A DNA stretch of 64,000 nt from Antedon mediterranea (lineage: Eukaryota > Animalia > Echinodermata): positions 11,160,001-11,224,000 of the forward strand of contig NC_092672.1 in NCBI RefSeq assembly GCF_964355755.1, in the 5' to 3' direction. The translations under genes and the position numbers were made by a program. The notes below the pieces were generated by a model. That model was given only the letters and a program-made list of their open reading frames with translations, was not told the DNA's origin and searched no databases. How positions within the stretch are numbered: the stretch's first letter is position 1; each line of letters opens with the position of its first letter. Shown one piece after another: positions 62,061-64,000 of this stretch.

Positions 62061-63197
62061 CCACTTCCTCCCACTTTTGTTATCGTTGTTAGTATTACCA
62101 CCACGTTCGTTATTACATAAATGATGTCCTTTGAATGTGTGTCACGTGAAAAGATTCAACACATTTTAACGTCATTAACCATTGCACTTTATCAACCAAT
62201 CACACGCCTTCATTCGACAAGTTCAAGGCGACGAGAATGATAGTATCTTGGGTCTGAAGTCATTATCATTCTACCCGGCTACAAAAAAGACAAAAACTTA
62301 CTGTTTATCGTGGGGATAAACACGTTAAATCTAGGCCAGGGTTACGATGACAGGTAAAATAAATATATGACTGAAAATCACGCCCTAGGATGCGCAACCA
62401 AATAAATAACTAGAACCAAAAAAATCAAATAAAACAAGCTATAATTATGTTGGTCGGAATTTTTTGAGCTGTTGCCAATGTATACGGCGACGTATAAATA
62501 GTTTAATCGCAATGTAAATGTACTTTACCATACGTTACCTGTATGTAAGATTTTACACGGACTGAAAGATTTATACGTAGGGTCACTCAATGTCGATTCT
62601 CGTAAAGTTACCACGGTGGTCTATTGTGGTCAGTTGAGTGTTGAAACTGCAGTGAAAGTCAATATCAAGGTCAAAGTAGAAGATAATAATTCACCACTAT
62701 GTTATCCGTTTGTGCTCATGGTCCTTGACCCTCATTATTATTACGTACGTTAACTATAGACAATGTTCTATTGGTGTTAATTAATAGTTATAAAATAAAT
62801 TACTACATGTTTCTGACATACATTCATCTAATAATAAGTATATTACATGGAAAAGAGAACCAACAAGAGAGAACACAAATCATAACACTTGGTACTCAAA
62901 ATATGCAGTTATATAAGATCAAAACAGTAAACACAGCCAGCAATGGGCTACAGCACAGCACAGCACTGCACAACATAAAAGGCGTTAGCTGTTTAATACA
63001 AATCGTTCAACCTTATTAAAATGTGGTTCTTTTTGTTTTATAGCTTTCCATTAGTTTCATTTTAAATAGTAACAAAGTAAATAAAGTAAAATAAACAAAG
63101 TAAAACGTAGAAAATCATATAGATTACACATAGGAACCCTTCGCCCCATCAAGAAGATCACATCACATCACACAGACACCAATAGCCAACCGTGCAA

Positions 63198-63795
63198 ATA
63201 GAAATGCTTTAGTATACATGGAAATGCTTTGGTATAAATGGAAATGCTTTGTTGGAAATACTTTGGTGGAAATGCTTTGATATAAATGGAAATGCTTTGG
63301 TGGAAATGCCTTGGTATAAATGGAAATTCTTTTGGTGGAAATGCTTTGGTATAAATTGAAATGCTTTGGGGGAAATGCCTTGGTATAAATGGAAATGCTT
63401 TGGTGGAAATGCTTTGGTGGAAATGCCTTGGTATAAATGGAAAAGCTTTGGTGGAATGCTTTGTTTGAAATGCCTTGGTATAAATGGAAATGCTTTGGTG
63501 GAAATGCTTTAGTATAAATGGACATTCTTTGGTGGAAATACTTTGGTGGAAATGCTTTAGTATAAATGGACATTCTTTGGTATAGGCCTACATCGAAACG
63601 CTTTGGTGCAAACGAACATGTTCTAGTATACATGCAAATGCTTTGGTGCAAATGGAAATGCTTTGGTATATATGACAAATTATTTTGTGCAAATGGAATG
63701 CTTTTGGTTTAAACTAAAATGCTTTGGTGTAATTAAAAATGTTTTGGTGTAAATGGAAATGCTTTGACGTAAATGGCAATGCTTTGGTGTATACA
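63198..63795. repeat. Compound 14/20-bp minisatellite
   Basis: Interleaved GGAAATGCTTTGGT and GGAAATGCTTTGGTATAAAT units. Confidence 0.92.
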
Positions 63796-64000
63796 GTATG
63801 GTATTCTTTGGTTGTAGGCATTATACATGATAAATAAAAAATAATAATGAAATCAACAATTTACAACAACAATTTCTGTTTCTGTCTTAATACTTGATGT
63901 TTGATCTTGAAAACAATCATTTACTCTTTACAGCACTGCTGTATATTTGTATTTTCTACCATCAAACCGTTGTTACAGTTTTGTGCATTTAACACACATT

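Noticed and set aside
62303-62646. Exon-like segments on the minus strand with AG/GT borders
   Set aside because: The larger segment has stops in all three frames; no recognisable product
63163-63678. 171-aa YTKAFPPKHF-repeat ORF
   Set aside because: Translation of the compound minisatellite; no splice or domain support

Overview
AT-rich, intron-containing animal DNA, probably a marine invertebrate and possibly an echinoderm; that taxon is inferred from style and TE content only. Host genes: the 5' part of enolase (minus strand, three coding exons), a complete six-exon YEATS4/GAS41 gene head-to-head with it, and a tandem pair of unrecognised thrombospondin-type-1 (TSP1) genes. Copy B (37043-54233, 10 exons, ~986 aa) encodes signal peptide, furin site, 3xTSP1, a Tyr/Pro/Ser/Lys/Arg-rich 44-aa repeat array, TSP1, Ig, TM, and a cytoplasmic basic/acidic/polyproline tail ending in a WH2-like helix. 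Copy A (22276-27810, ~702 aa) stops inside the repeat exon and should be secreted. Between the paralogs is a multi-level nest of DNA transposons that contains an intact two-gene Harbinger and a 21-bp satellite. Elsewhere: Sola3, MULE, Academ, P-type and Harbinger-type non-autonomous elements, a very young mini LTR element, LINE/SINE fragments, a tRNA-Asp(ATC)-like inverted repeat and several minisatellites. All calls were made by eye; no database searches were run.
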